IMG/VR virus record: IMGVR_UViG_3300020045_003717 | Location: 1-31,212 of that record | Source: a virus | Lineage: Duplodnaviria; Caudoviricetes | Length of the DNA: 31,212 bases | Reading direction: 5' to 3' (one strand) | Part shown: positions 9,950-18,874 of the stretch, in pieces | Layout: each line of letters starts with the position of its first letter | Position numbering within the stretch: position 1 is the stretch's first letter | The notes under the pieces: generated by a model | What the model was told of the DNA's origin: nothing | The model's input: the letters and a program-made list of their open reading frames with translations, nothing else | Databases searched by the model: none | Translations under genes and position numbers: made by a program

Positions 9950-10543
9950 ATGGCATGTGAAGGCTTAATGAATGCAGACATTTTATTTGATTGTGATAAT
10001 AGTTCGGTTGCTGGTTTAGAAGTTGATGTAATACTTGTTAATTCAAGTGACATTAATGTAACCGCACTGACTTATAGTCCAACAAATAAATTAGTGATGA
10101 CTAACTTTCAATTGATGCCGGGCAAAGTTGGATTTACGTTTCAAGGCGTGAAACAAGTAAACTCGTCAGCTTGGGAATTGGTAAAAAAAGAAATGGGACC
10201 AGATAAGAAAAAACACATATTTAACGGTGTTATTTTGAATCTGTCAGCCGCTAACAAATTGCAATTAGAGCAAATGAGTGAGGGCGGAAAATATGTTGCA
10301 ATCGTAGAAAGAAAATGGAAAGGCGCGTTAAGTGCTGACGCTTTCGAAGTGTACGGTATCAACTCAGGATTAGAATTAAACGTAGCGACTTACAACTCGA
10401 AAGAGAATGACGGTACTGCTACAATCGAATTGTCATCAACTGACGGTTACGAAGAATCTAAAATCCCGTTGACACTTTTACATACTGATTATGCAACAAC
10501 AAAAACAGCAATGGATAACAAGTTCGTCCAAGCAGCAATATAG
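9950..10543 (+). CDS. Major tail (tube) protein-like structural protein
   Basis: 197 aa beginning MAC...DC..AG, with YVAIVE and FEVYG...GL motifs typical of Bacteroidota phage tube proteins. Confidence 0.65.
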   Translation: MACEGLMNADILFDCDNSSVAGLEVDVILVNSSDINVTALTYSPTNKLVMTNFQLMPGKVGFTFQGVKQVNSSAWELVKKEMGPDKKKHIFNGVILNLSAANKLQLEQMSEGGKYVAIVERKWKGALSADAFEVYGINSGLELNVATYNSKENDGTATIELSSTDGYEESKIPLTLLHTDYATTKTAMDNKFVQAAI

Positions 10544-10982
10544 TTGGGAAAATTATAGTATAGAAAACATCATTGGAGGCAAAACCGCCGATGGTGTTTC
10601 ATACTTAAAATTATTCTTAACAGACTATTCCAAATTATTTTCCACAAAAGTAAATCCGGGATGCAAAAACTGTTTGCAAAGCTATTTACAAAAGTATAAA
10701 TCTAAAAAATACGAAATGCAAAACGACTGCGAATACAGACTACAAGCAAGATATAACGGAATCCCTTTAAAATTTGGCTCAAACATTTTCATCAACAATT
10801 CAAATATTACCAATGAATTTGCTGAGCAATTAATGGAACGTTATACAAAACTTTACGAGGCTAAAGGCGAGACTTTTAACCCGTCTACAATATTTGAGAA
10901 ATACCCAATTAAAGAAGTAAACGAAATTGAAGTTATCTCAGAAGAAATACAAGTAAAAAAAACCCGCAAATCTAAAAAATAA
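10491..10982 (+). CDS. Hypothetical protein with CxxC motif
   Basis: NPGCKNCL; TAATG-coupled to the portal gene; start uncertain (53-nt overlap with the upstream gene). Confidence 0.6.
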   Translation: MQQQKQQWITSSSKQQYSWENYSIENIIGGKTADGVSYLKLFLTDYSKLFSTKVNPGCKNCLQSYLQKYKSKKYEMQNDCEYRLQARYNGIPLKFGSNIFINNSNITNEFAEQLMERYTKLYEAKGETFNPSTIFEKYPIKEVNEIEVISEEIQVKKTRKSKK

Positions 10983-12346
10983 TGAATGTAAGCATTATTG
11001 ATCTTGCAAAGCGACTTATCAAATGGGAAAGTAAATTAGACATTTACTCAAACGGCGTTGATAACGCTTATCCTGAGAGAATCGACAGACTTATAAACAA
11101 CAGCGTAACAGCTAAAACAGCGTCTAATATAATGGTTCAATACCTTTTAGGTAAGGGATTTGGCGAGGCTGACAATATAAGATTAGGCGGTGTTAAGTTA
11201 ATTGATTTCGCTGAGGATATAGCGCAAGACATAATCGACAACAGAGGGGTTTTTATACACATTAATTACGATTTAAATTATCAATTCAGTTCATTTAAAG
11301 TCTTGCCGTTTGGATGGTGTAGGATAGGGAAAAAGGATAGCAGAAAATACAACGGCAAGATTTTAATTAAAAGCGATTGGACTGATAAAAAAGAAGAACC
11401 GCAAATAATCAATGTTTACAATCCAAAAGAAGAAGTTGTAAAGGCTCAAATTAAAGCGGCGGGCGGTATGGAAAAATACAATGGTCAGGTTTTCTTTTAC
11501 AATTTAGAATCTAAATACTATTACCCATTATCCCGTATTGATTCTGTTATGAATGATTGTGATAGTGAGGCGCAAAGTGCCGTTTATAAAAACCAATTAT
11601 TAAGAAAGGGATTTTTCGGAAAAACTTTAGTAGTTACAAGGCCATTAATTGATAGTACAATTGCTCAAACAATTTTAAACGAGCAAAGCCAGTCAATTAT
11701 AAACCCGCTTTACAGACAAGCGGAAAGCGAGGCTAAACAAACAAAAGAAACGATTGAAAGTTTTATAGGTGCTAATAATGCTGGAGGCGCAATGTTGCTC
11801 GAAATGGAATTTGCGGGTGATAAATTTGAGGATGCTATATTGATAAAGAATATTGAAAGCAACATTGAACCAGACTTATTTAAAAACGTTGAAACAAGCG
11901 TAAGGGAAAACATCCTAATAGCCTTTAATAATTTGCCAGTTGGTTTAATTAGGGCAAGTGATGGCATCTTCTCAAACAGCGGAACGGCAATCGCCGAAAT
12001 GAAAAAAATGTATTGGGAAAATACAAGCAAAGAGCGCAACATTTTAGAAACAATTGTAAACGATTTAATGAAAGGATTTGCCGGGTATAAAGGTGAATAT
12101 CTATCTATTTTACCATTGATGCAAAAAGAAGTTAGCAATGATGACGCAAACGCTCAAAAATTAGCAGCGCAAGCCGCATTAAAAGGAAGTGTTGGAGGTG
12201 TTCAAGGATTGTTAGCGATACAAGCGAGTATATCTCAAGGCTTAACAGATTATGAAAGCGCAATTACAATCATCTCTGAAATATTTGGAATCCCTGACGA
12301 GTTGGCGCGTCAAATGTTAGGCACACCAAAAGTTAAACAGTACTAA
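10982..12346 (+). CDS. Portal protein
   Basis: 454 aa; NGVDNAYP, YYPL, GANNAG and IL.AF..LP..L motifs characteristic of portals. Confidence 0.75.
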   Translation: MNVSIIDLAKRLIKWESKLDIYSNGVDNAYPERIDRLINNSVTAKTASNIMVQYLLGKGFGEADNIRLGGVKLIDFAEDIAQDIIDNRGVFIHINYDLNYQFSSFKVLPFGWCRIGKKDSRKYNGKILIKSDWTDKKEEPQIINVYNPKEEVVKAQIKAAGGMEKYNGQVFFYNLESKYYYPLSRIDSVMNDCDSEAQSAVYKNQLLRKGFFGKTLVVTRPLIDSTIAQTILNEQSQSIINPLYRQAESEAKQTKETIESFIGANNAGGAMLLEMEFAGDKFEDAILIKNIESNIEPDLFKNVETSVRENILIAFNNLPVGLIRASDGIFSNSGTAIAEMKKMYWENTSKERNILETIVNDLMKGFAGYKGEYLSILPLMQKEVSNDDANAQKLAAQAALKGSVGGVQGLLAIQASISQGLTDYESAITIISEIFGIPDELARQMLGTPKVKQY

Positions 12347-12360
12347 AACCCTTATTGAAA

Positions 12361-12861
12361 ATGGAAGCGTGGATAACACTATCGGGAATACAGCTTTATA
12401 AACAAGTTAGCAATAGCGTTTACAAAGACAAGTTAAATCAGATTATACTTGAAACACAATTCGAGGATATACAGCCTTTACTTGGTGAAACTTTCTTTTA
12501 TACGATAGATTCAAACATTGAAAATTACAACGATTTATTGAATGGTAGTTCATATACATACAACGGCGTTACATACGTTAACGTAGGCTTAAAAGCAGTA
12601 TTGGCAAATTACATTTACGCACGTTTGGCAATGTTTGGAGATGTAATAGATAATCCTTTTGGAATGACTACAAAGTTAAACGTAAACGAAAGCAAACCAA
12701 TAGACTTAGCAACCAAAAAAACGTTCTATAATTCAAATAGGCAGTACGCTTATAACCTTTGGTTAAACGTGGAAAAGTTTATAGTTAGAACCAATTTAGT
12801 AGGGTATAATTCAGGATGCACAACCAAGCCTAACACTTTTAAAATATCTAAAATAGGATGA
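12361..12861 (+). CDS. Head-tail adaptor-like protein (DUF6712-like)
   Basis: QFEDIQPLLGETF...GLKAVLANYIYAR motif; follows the portal. ATG at 12361 preferred to TTG at 12355. Confidence 0.6.
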   Translation: MEAWITLSGIQLYKQVSNSVYKDKLNQIILETQFEDIQPLLGETFFYTIDSNIENYNDLLNGSSYTYNGVTYVNVGLKAVLANYIYARLAMFGDVIDNPFGMTTKLNVNESKPIDLATKKTFYNSNRQYAYNLWLNVEKFIVRTNLVGYNSGCTTKPNTFKISKIG

Positions 12862-14552
12862 TTATAATTAACAATATAGACGGTGCTTATTTTGAGTTTA
12901 ATGGTATTCGATATTTTAAGAATTTCACCTCAGTAGTCGCCGGAAGTAAACTAAGAATCTTAAACGTTTACGATTCTAAAATAGAATTGTTGGCGTTGGT
13001 TAATTACGACCAAATCATTTTAAACGGTGATGTTTACGCAAACGTAGCGAGTTTACAATCCGCTTTACTTCCTGTTATTTATGCAGTTAATACGACAGTT
13101 ATAAACGGAATTATTAGCCAGACAGAAGAATATGTTGACGCTTCATATATTTGGATTCCGGGTACTTATTCATACAACGTAACAGTTAGATCGTTTTATA
13201 AAAACGGAATTTTACACGACACAATTATCAACACAACTGTTACGGCGGATGCTGCTGATTTAGTAGATAGGATTGACGCAATAGTTGTAAATGATAATGA
13301 TACAATTACAATTATAAAAGGGATTCCGGCGTTGGCAGAAATCGACAATGACACTCAATTATTAATTACGTTATTTACAGTTACCTCAGGAACTACCGAG
13401 CCAGTTGGAGTTAGTGAAGTGCTTTGGTATAATGAAAACTTACAAGAAGCTGGAGGCGAAAAAAACAGCGTAGCAAATAACCCTCCTTTTGTAACTTTAG
13501 CAAGTACCGAACAAGCAAGCGTAGGTACAAAATCAATAAAAATAGTTAGTAGAAATAGCGCAACATTAACTTCAACTACAAAATATTTAGGTTCAAATTT
13601 ATCCAATGTCTTAATTGATGTTTACTTACTCAATTCAACTAATAATCAATTAAGATTTCAGTTATGGGTAAACAACACTTTAAGAGTAGGTGAAATTTAT
13701 GTAAGTCACGGTACATTTAATTTTAATGCTTATTTAATTAACCAATGGCAAACAATTACAATACCGGGTTTAGCCTTTAGAAATGGGGTTACTTGGGGTA
13801 ATTATGAATATGATTTTTTATTTTTAGGAAATTATAAAAGTGGAACAACCTTATATTTTGATAATATAAGATTTCAACAAGGATTAAATGAAGTAATTAC
13901 AACACCTACAAACTACGAACTTTTAGCCAACAAACAAAACAGTTTAGCTACCGATGGCACAGGTGTAAAGTACCCAACAGTTGACGCTGTTAATGCAGGG
14001 TTTGCCACAAAATTAGATAATAGCGATGCTTTAACAGCCGTTTCACCAACTAATAAACTGATAACAGAAAGTGATGTTGCGGGTTTGGGTGGTGGTGATA
14101 TGTTGGCTTCAACTTACAATCCAATAATAGCAGCCAACACCGCAAAAGTAAGTTATACAGATGCCGCTTTAGTAAGTACTATAAATTCCAATTATAAAAA
14201 AGTCGAAATAGGTTACGCCTGCTCAAATGAAACAAGCGATTTAACATTAGGTGATTTAATTTCAATTAGGATGCCGTTTGCAATGACATTAAGCGAGGTC
14301 CGTATATCATTAAACAACGCGCCAACAATCACAAAAGTAATAGTCGATGTAAAAGAAAGTGGTGTTTCTATTTTTAGCACGTTACCGAGTATTGATACAA
14401 GCGAATTAACAAGTGTAACAGCAATTGTACCCGCGGTAATTAGCGATGTTAATTTAGCCGACGATGCTTTATTAACAGTAAGCACCACACAATTAGGAAG
14501 TGGTGATATAGGTAAAGGTTTAAAAATATTATTTAAAGGAGTAAGAACATAA
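12858..14552 (+). CDS. Multidomain virion/tail fibre protein with central carbohydrate-binding-like domain
   Basis: 564 aa; DRIDAIVV motif, WQTITIP...LYFDNIRF (CBM-like) and a C-terminal RMPFAMTL...GKGLKI domain seen in phage fibres. Confidence 0.6.
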   Translation: MIIINNIDGAYFEFNGIRYFKNFTSVVAGSKLRILNVYDSKIELLALVNYDQIILNGDVYANVASLQSALLPVIYAVNTTVINGIISQTEEYVDASYIWIPGTYSYNVTVRSFYKNGILHDTIINTTVTADAADLVDRIDAIVVNDNDTITIIKGIPALAEIDNDTQLLITLFTVTSGTTEPVGVSEVLWYNENLQEAGGEKNSVANNPPFVTLASTEQASVGTKSIKIVSRNSATLTSTTKYLGSNLSNVLIDVYLLNSTNNQLRFQLWVNNTLRVGEIYVSHGTFNFNAYLINQWQTITIPGLAFRNGVTWGNYEYDFLFLGNYKSGTTLYFDNIRFQQGLNEVITTPTNYELLANKQNSLATDGTGVKYPTVDAVNAGFATKLDNSDALTAVSPTNKLITESDVAGLGGGDMLASTYNPIIAANTAKVSYTDAALVSTINSNYKKVEIGYACSNETSDLTLGDLISIRMPFAMTLSEVRISLNNAPTITKVIVDVKESGVSIFSTLPSIDTSELTSVTAIVPAVISDVNLADDALLTVSTTQLGSGDIGKGLKILFKGVRT

Positions 14553-14582
14553 TAATTAATAACAAATTAAAAATAAATAACA

Positions 14583-15143
14583 ATGAGTGTACCAGCAGTT
14601 TTAATTAGAAAATCTACTAAACAAATTATCAAACACGCCGATTATCCAAAGGCTGATTTAACGCCTTTTACCGTTGGCGAAATAGATCCGGATTATGAAT
14701 GGTTGATAAAACACATTCCTTTTGCAGAACCTGATCACGATTCACGTATTTACATAATGGAAGATGTTATGCCGGATTTAAACTTTTTGGTAGATTTTCA
14801 AGAGCATCCTTCTTATCCGGGAATAAGAGAATACCGTATGACTTTCAACCCAATTAAAAGACCTAACGAAAGCATTATTTTAGAAATTGAAAATGCTGAA
14901 AAACAAGCGAACGGTTTAATTTTTAGTGAAGTTGTACACGTTAAAGAGTTTGCTTTGATGATGAACAGTATTTATAAAGATGCAAATAACTTGACTTTAA
15001 ATGCCGATGAACAGGCTAAAATTGACAGATTAAGCGTAGTTAATGTGAAGTTTTTGCAAAATCAAGATACAAAAAATATTAAAATTCAACAAGTTACCGA
15101 TGGCTTAGAACCTAATATTGATGAGGGATGGCTCAACGAATAA
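14583..15143 (+). CDS. Hypothetical protein (possible fibre chaperone)
   Basis: 186 aa between two fibre-like genes. Confidence 0.55.
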   Translation: MSVPAVLIRKSTKQIIKHADYPKADLTPFTVGEIDPDYEWLIKHIPFAEPDHDSRIYIMEDVMPDLNFLVDFQEHPSYPGIREYRMTFNPIKRPNESIILEIENAEKQANGLIFSEVVHVKEFALMMNSIYKDANNLTLNADEQAKIDRLSVVNVKFLQNQDTKNIKIQQVTDGLEPNIDEGWLNE

Positions 15144-16840
15144 TTAACCCATTATTTAACGTATATAAAAAATATAGACAGATGCAATTTGTAAACCCAT
15201 ATAGATTTGGAATACCTGAAGTAGTTTATGTAAACAACACTTTTATCGGTGGGGTTGCAAGCGCAATAAACACGCCTGCACAATTGGCTACAAAATTAGC
15301 AATTGATGTAAGTAGAATTACAAATTTTAGTATTGTAGGGAATGATATAGAGTGTAAAATAACGGGAAGTTATGTAATTCCAAATAACGCGTTTTACTTA
15401 AACGAGGACATAACAGAATATAGAGATATAGATAATTTAGTTACTAATTTAGGTTCAGATACTTTCTATACAACCATAAATTCAAGATTAAAAATTCTTC
15501 AATTTAATGGTATTGTTAATTTAACAAATATAAATATTACATACAATTCTCCAATAAGAGAAATATATTTAGAAAATTGCGTTTTTTTAGCAAATCAATC
15601 TTTATGGGGTGCTTCCCAAAAAAATAAAACATATATCTATATACCAAAATGCACATCTTTAGGCACGACGGCAGGTGATAATAATATATTTACCAATTCA
15701 TTATTAACTGGAAGTATTATTATTTGTCATCCTTCTTTAGCTACAAATAATGCGGGCGGGGTAGATGGTGATATTTCAAATGCTATCGCACAAGGCGCAA
15801 CCATAAGATACAAAACGAGTACGATTATACCTAATGCAGTGACTGATTTAACAGCTTCTAATATTTATCAAAATGCGGTGCAGTTTACTTTTACAGCACC
15901 AATAGGAAGTACAAACGCTATTGATTTTTATGAACTCTATAAAGATGGAGTTTATGTTAAAAGAATCGTAAGCGGTGAAACAGTTAATGGATTTAACGCG
16001 TCAACTGCTTATAATTTTACAGTAATAGCGCGGGATATATTTTATAATGGTTCGTTAGCAAGTAATGTAGTATCTGTAACAACTGCTTATAATACTAATA
16101 AAGTTGAAGCCGAAACCTATATTACAGCTACTGCAAATGTAGATTCTGCACAAATAGCAGCCATTAATAACCTTACATTAACGCTGAAAAATAACGGTAT
16201 TTTCTTTAAACTAAAATCATTGAACATCAAAGTTGGGGGAACGGCCGCTACACATAAATTTAACCTGATTGATGCAAGGGATTTGGACGCTGCTTATAGG
16301 TACACGTATGCAGGTACTTGGACGCACAGCGCACAAGGGGCGAAACCAACAGCTACTTTTGCAAATACATATCTAAATTTAACCACTTTAGGTTTGGGCG
16401 GTAATTTTTCTTTTGGGTATTACCTAACAGTTGCTAATACTGCATTCGGCGATAAACACGGTTTTGGTGCATATTCAAGCGCTTCATCTTGGGCGGGTAG
16501 TGTGCATTATAGTACTACTGAATTATGGGCAAGGGCTTATTCCGCAAGTTTTCCAATAACGATAACTTCACCAAATAACGGTTTTTTTGCTATGTCGGTA
16601 ATTGGTAGGGAAAACACAGTATATCATAAAAACTTAAAACTTCATAAATCAGTAGTTGGCTCATTAATTCCAACTGTTAATTTTTATGAAGGCGCATTAA
16701 ACTTAAATGGTAGTAATTACGGCGGGATAAACGGTACTTATGGCACATCATTTTTTGGTATTGGATTAACAGATGCTGAAATAGCAAACTTACAAGCTGC
16801 AATAATAACTTTTGAAACAGCTTTAGGTAGAAATGTATAA
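15128..16840 (+). CDS. Receptor-binding/adhesin-like protein: BspA-like LRR region, FN3 domain, C-terminal lectin-like domain
   Basis: IPNNAF, IYLENC and IYIPKCTSLG LRR-type repeats; FN3 signature PNAVTDL...FTAP...YELY...YNFTVIARD. Alternative start ATG at 15182 (MQFVNPYRFG). Confidence 0.65.
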   Translation: MAQRIINPLFNVYKKYRQMQFVNPYRFGIPEVVYVNNTFIGGVASAINTPAQLATKLAIDVSRITNFSIVGNDIECKITGSYVIPNNAFYLNEDITEYRDIDNLVTNLGSDTFYTTINSRLKILQFNGIVNLTNINITYNSPIREIYLENCVFLANQSLWGASQKNKTYIYIPKCTSLGTTAGDNNIFTNSLLTGSIIICHPSLATNNAGGVDGDISNAIAQGATIRYKTSTIIPNAVTDLTASNIYQNAVQFTFTAPIGSTNAIDFYELYKDGVYVKRIVSGETVNGFNASTAYNFTVIARDIFYNGSLASNVVSVTTAYNTNKVEAETYITATANVDSAQIAAINNLTLTLKNNGIFFKLKSLNIKVGGTAATHKFNLIDARDLDAAYRYTYAGTWTHSAQGAKPTATFANTYLNLTTLGLGGNFSFGYYLTVANTAFGDKHGFGAYSSASSWAGSVHYSTTELWARAYSASFPITITSPNNGFFAMSVIGRENTVYHKNLKLHKSVVGSLIPTVNFYEGALNLNGSNYGGINGTYGTSFFGIGLTDAEIANLQAAIITFETALGRNV

Positions 16841-16979
16841 AAAACATAAAAATATAAGCCATACACCCACACTTTAAACGAAAAATAGTTATGAAACTAA
16901 TAAAATCACTGTTCTTTTCCATCATCTACGTTGCAGATGATAGGTTTAGCTTTTTAGAAAATGTAAAATCAATATAAAA

Positions 16980-17168
16980 ATGAGCAAACAAGAATTTATA
17001 GACAAATACCTAAATAAAACTATTAGTAAAAAATTAACTGTTTTTTTGATTGCCTGCTATTTCACACAAACAAGCAAAATTACAGGTTCAGAATGGATAA
17101 TAATTGCAACGGCTTATATATCAATAGTAGCATTTTCAGAAACAGTATTGAAACTTAAAGATAAATAA
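16980..17168 (+). CDS. Putative holin
   Basis: 62 aa, two hydrophobic segments, charged termini, upstream of the endolysin. Confidence 0.55.
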   Translation: MSKQEFIDKYLNKTISKKLTVFLIACYFTQTSKITGSEWIIIATAYISIVAFSETVLKLKDK

Positions 17169-17195
17169 TTAATAATCCCTAAAAATTGCTATACA

Positions 17196-17636
17196 ATGGA
17201 GAATGAAAATAAAAAAGAAATTGACAAAATAAGGTCAGAATTTCAAACACATAAAACGGAAATTGACAAGAAGTTAGAAAACTTTATGGTTGAAATTCGC
17301 AATATAGTAAAACCTCCATTTACAGTAAAAGAATTAATTAGTTATTTCATAGCATTTTTAGTTGTTTACGGATCAGCAATTTTCTACATAAGTAGAGTGG
17401 AAAGCAACGGTGACAACACGCGAAAAGATTTGGATAAACAAGAAGTTGAAAACAAAGAATTTCGTAAGGAAATTTCAGAAAAAACAGATAAAATTTTAGA
17501 AATAGTTGGGGAGACGAAAACGGCAGTTGCGGTGTTACAAGGTAAAAAAGTTGAAGTTATTATAAAAGAACCAACACTAAAAGAACAGGTTGAAAAGAAC
17601 AAACAAATAGTTAGGGATTTTGCAAGTAATGAATAG
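17196..17636 (+). CDS. Single-TM coiled-coil membrane protein of the lysis cassette (holin/antiholin-like)
   Basis: TM LISYFIAFLVVYGSAIFYI flanked by charged helices; immediately before the endolysin. Confidence 0.5.
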   Translation: MENENKKEIDKIRSEFQTHKTEIDKKLENFMVEIRNIVKPPFTVKELISYFIAFLVVYGSAIFYISRVESNGDNTRKDLDKQEVENKEFRKEISEKTDKILEIVGETKTAVAVLQGKKVEVIIKEPTLKEQVEKNKQIVRDFASNE

Positions 17637-17639
17637 ATT

Positions 17640-18140
17640 ATGACACTAAACTTTAAAATAGCGTTTAAGGAAATTATAGGTATTGAAGGCGGTTATGTAA
17701 ACAACCCGAACGACAAGGGTGGCGAAACAAAATACGGAATTTCAAAACGTGCCTATCCAAATTTAGACATCAAAAATTTAACCCTACAAAAAGCAGAAGA
17801 TATTTATTATAACGATTATTGGCTGGCTTTAAAATTAGACTATGTAAAGGATTTAAAAGTATCATTGGAATTATTTGATACAGCCGTTAATATGGGTGTT
17901 AAAACAGCGTCTAAAATGTTTCAAGAAGCCTTAAACCTTGTAAACAGAAACGGAAAAACATTTGCTGATTTGGTAGTTGATGGGAATATTGGCGTTAAAA
18001 CCATATTAGCTTATGATAAAGTTGACAAATCTATTTTACTGAAAGTTTTAAACGGATTGCAATTTAAAAGATATGTTGATATTGTAACAAAAAACCCAAC
18101 ACAAGAAGAATTTTTTAACGGCTGGATGAAAAGGGTGTAA
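17640..18140 (+). CDS. Endolysin, glycoside hydrolase family 108 with C-terminal peptidoglycan-binding domain
   Basis: EGGYVNNPNDKGGETKYGI, FDTAVNMG, DGNIGVKT and FFNGWMKRV motifs. Confidence 0.93.
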   Translation: MTLNFKIAFKEIIGIEGGYVNNPNDKGGETKYGISKRAYPNLDIKNLTLQKAEDIYYNDYWLALKLDYVKDLKVSLELFDTAVNMGVKTASKMFQEALNLVNRNGKTFADLVVDGNIGVKTILAYDKVDKSILLKVLNGLQFKRYVDIVTKNPTQEEFFNGWMKRV

Positions 18141-18185
18141 TCACCAAAATTATATATAAATCAGTGATTATAATCACTAAATCTT

Positions 18186-18746
18186 ATGAAAAAAATACTA
18201 TTAATCTTAATCGCTATTTTACTTTCCACTTCTTGCGGAACTAAAAAGAAACAACTTGAAAAAACAAGGCTCGAAATTGAAGCGAAATATAAATTAGACA
18301 GTATTGCGTTTTCAAAAATTATCTCAGAAAAAAATAAAGTAGAAGAAATCACAGCCAATGAAACCGAAAAAGAAGAAAGTATTGAATACAACGGTAAAAA
18401 AGGTGATAGTCTAAAAGTTATTAAAATAGGCGAAAACGGTAAAATACTTTCAGGAACTATTTATACAGGAACAGGAAAGGCTATAATTAATAATAAAAAT
18501 AAATCAAGCAATAAAAAAACCAATCAAAAAGAGGATTTAAAAGAAGTTACCGACAGTAAAGTTTCTGTAAAAAAAGATGAAACAAAAAAAGCAAATACAG
18601 AAATTAAAAAAAAGGAAGTCAAAACAAGCGGATTCACATTTACAACGTGGTTATGGATTATTGGTATTATTTCAGTTGTTGCCGGATGTTGGTATCTTAA
18701 TAAACGATTTAATTTAATATCAAAATTATGGACGAGATTAAACTAA
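18186..18746 (+). CDS. Putative unimolecular spanin (lipoprotein with C-terminal TM)
   Basis: Signal peptide with lipobox LSTS-C17, C-terminal TM WLWIIGIISVVAGCWYL; directly after the endolysin. Confidence 0.75.
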   Translation: MKKILLILIAILLSTSCGTKKKQLEKTRLEIEAKYKLDSIAFSKIISEKNKVEEITANETEKEESIEYNGKKGDSLKVIKIGENGKILSGTIYTGTGKAIINNKNKSSNKKTNQKEDLKEVTDSKVSVKKDETKKANTEIKKKEVKTSGFTFTTWLWIIGIISVVAGCWYLNKRFNLISKLWTRLN

Positions 18747-18865
18747 GAAACGCCGCTAATTTTGTAAGAAGTGAATTGCAAAATGAATTGCACCCGAAAT
18801 TAACCAAACAATTAGACTACGGTAAAATTATTTTACTTCAAAAATTGCTAAATATATTAACCTAA
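18728..18865 (+). CDS. 45-aa hypothetical protein MDEIKLRNAANF...LLNILT
   Basis: Read manually; fills the gap between the spanin and the phosphoesterase. Confidence 0.5.
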   Translation: MDEIKLRNAANFVRSELQNELHPKLTKQLDYGKIILLQKLLNILT

Positions 18866-18874
18866 AACCCAAAT

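Noticed and set aside
10491-10595. Programmed +1 frameshift extending the major tail protein into ORF 10491
   Set aside because: The 53-nt overlap and a weak hairpin near 10571-10593 are suggestive, but there is no clear slippery site and ATG 10491 is a plausible start.
15128-16840. Diversity-generating retroelement target
   Set aside because: No reverse transcriptase and no template/variable repeat pair were seen in the window.
15158-16848. Degenerate direct repeat (AAYGTATA..AAAAA.ATA) flanking the LRR/FN3 gene
   Set aside because: Low-complexity AT-rich match expected by chance in this genome.
16891-16977. 28-aa ORF and ATCATCT/AGATGAT hairpin before the holin-like gene
   Set aside because: Short 7-bp AT-rich stem without an adjacent U-tract and no supporting motif; compatible with chance.
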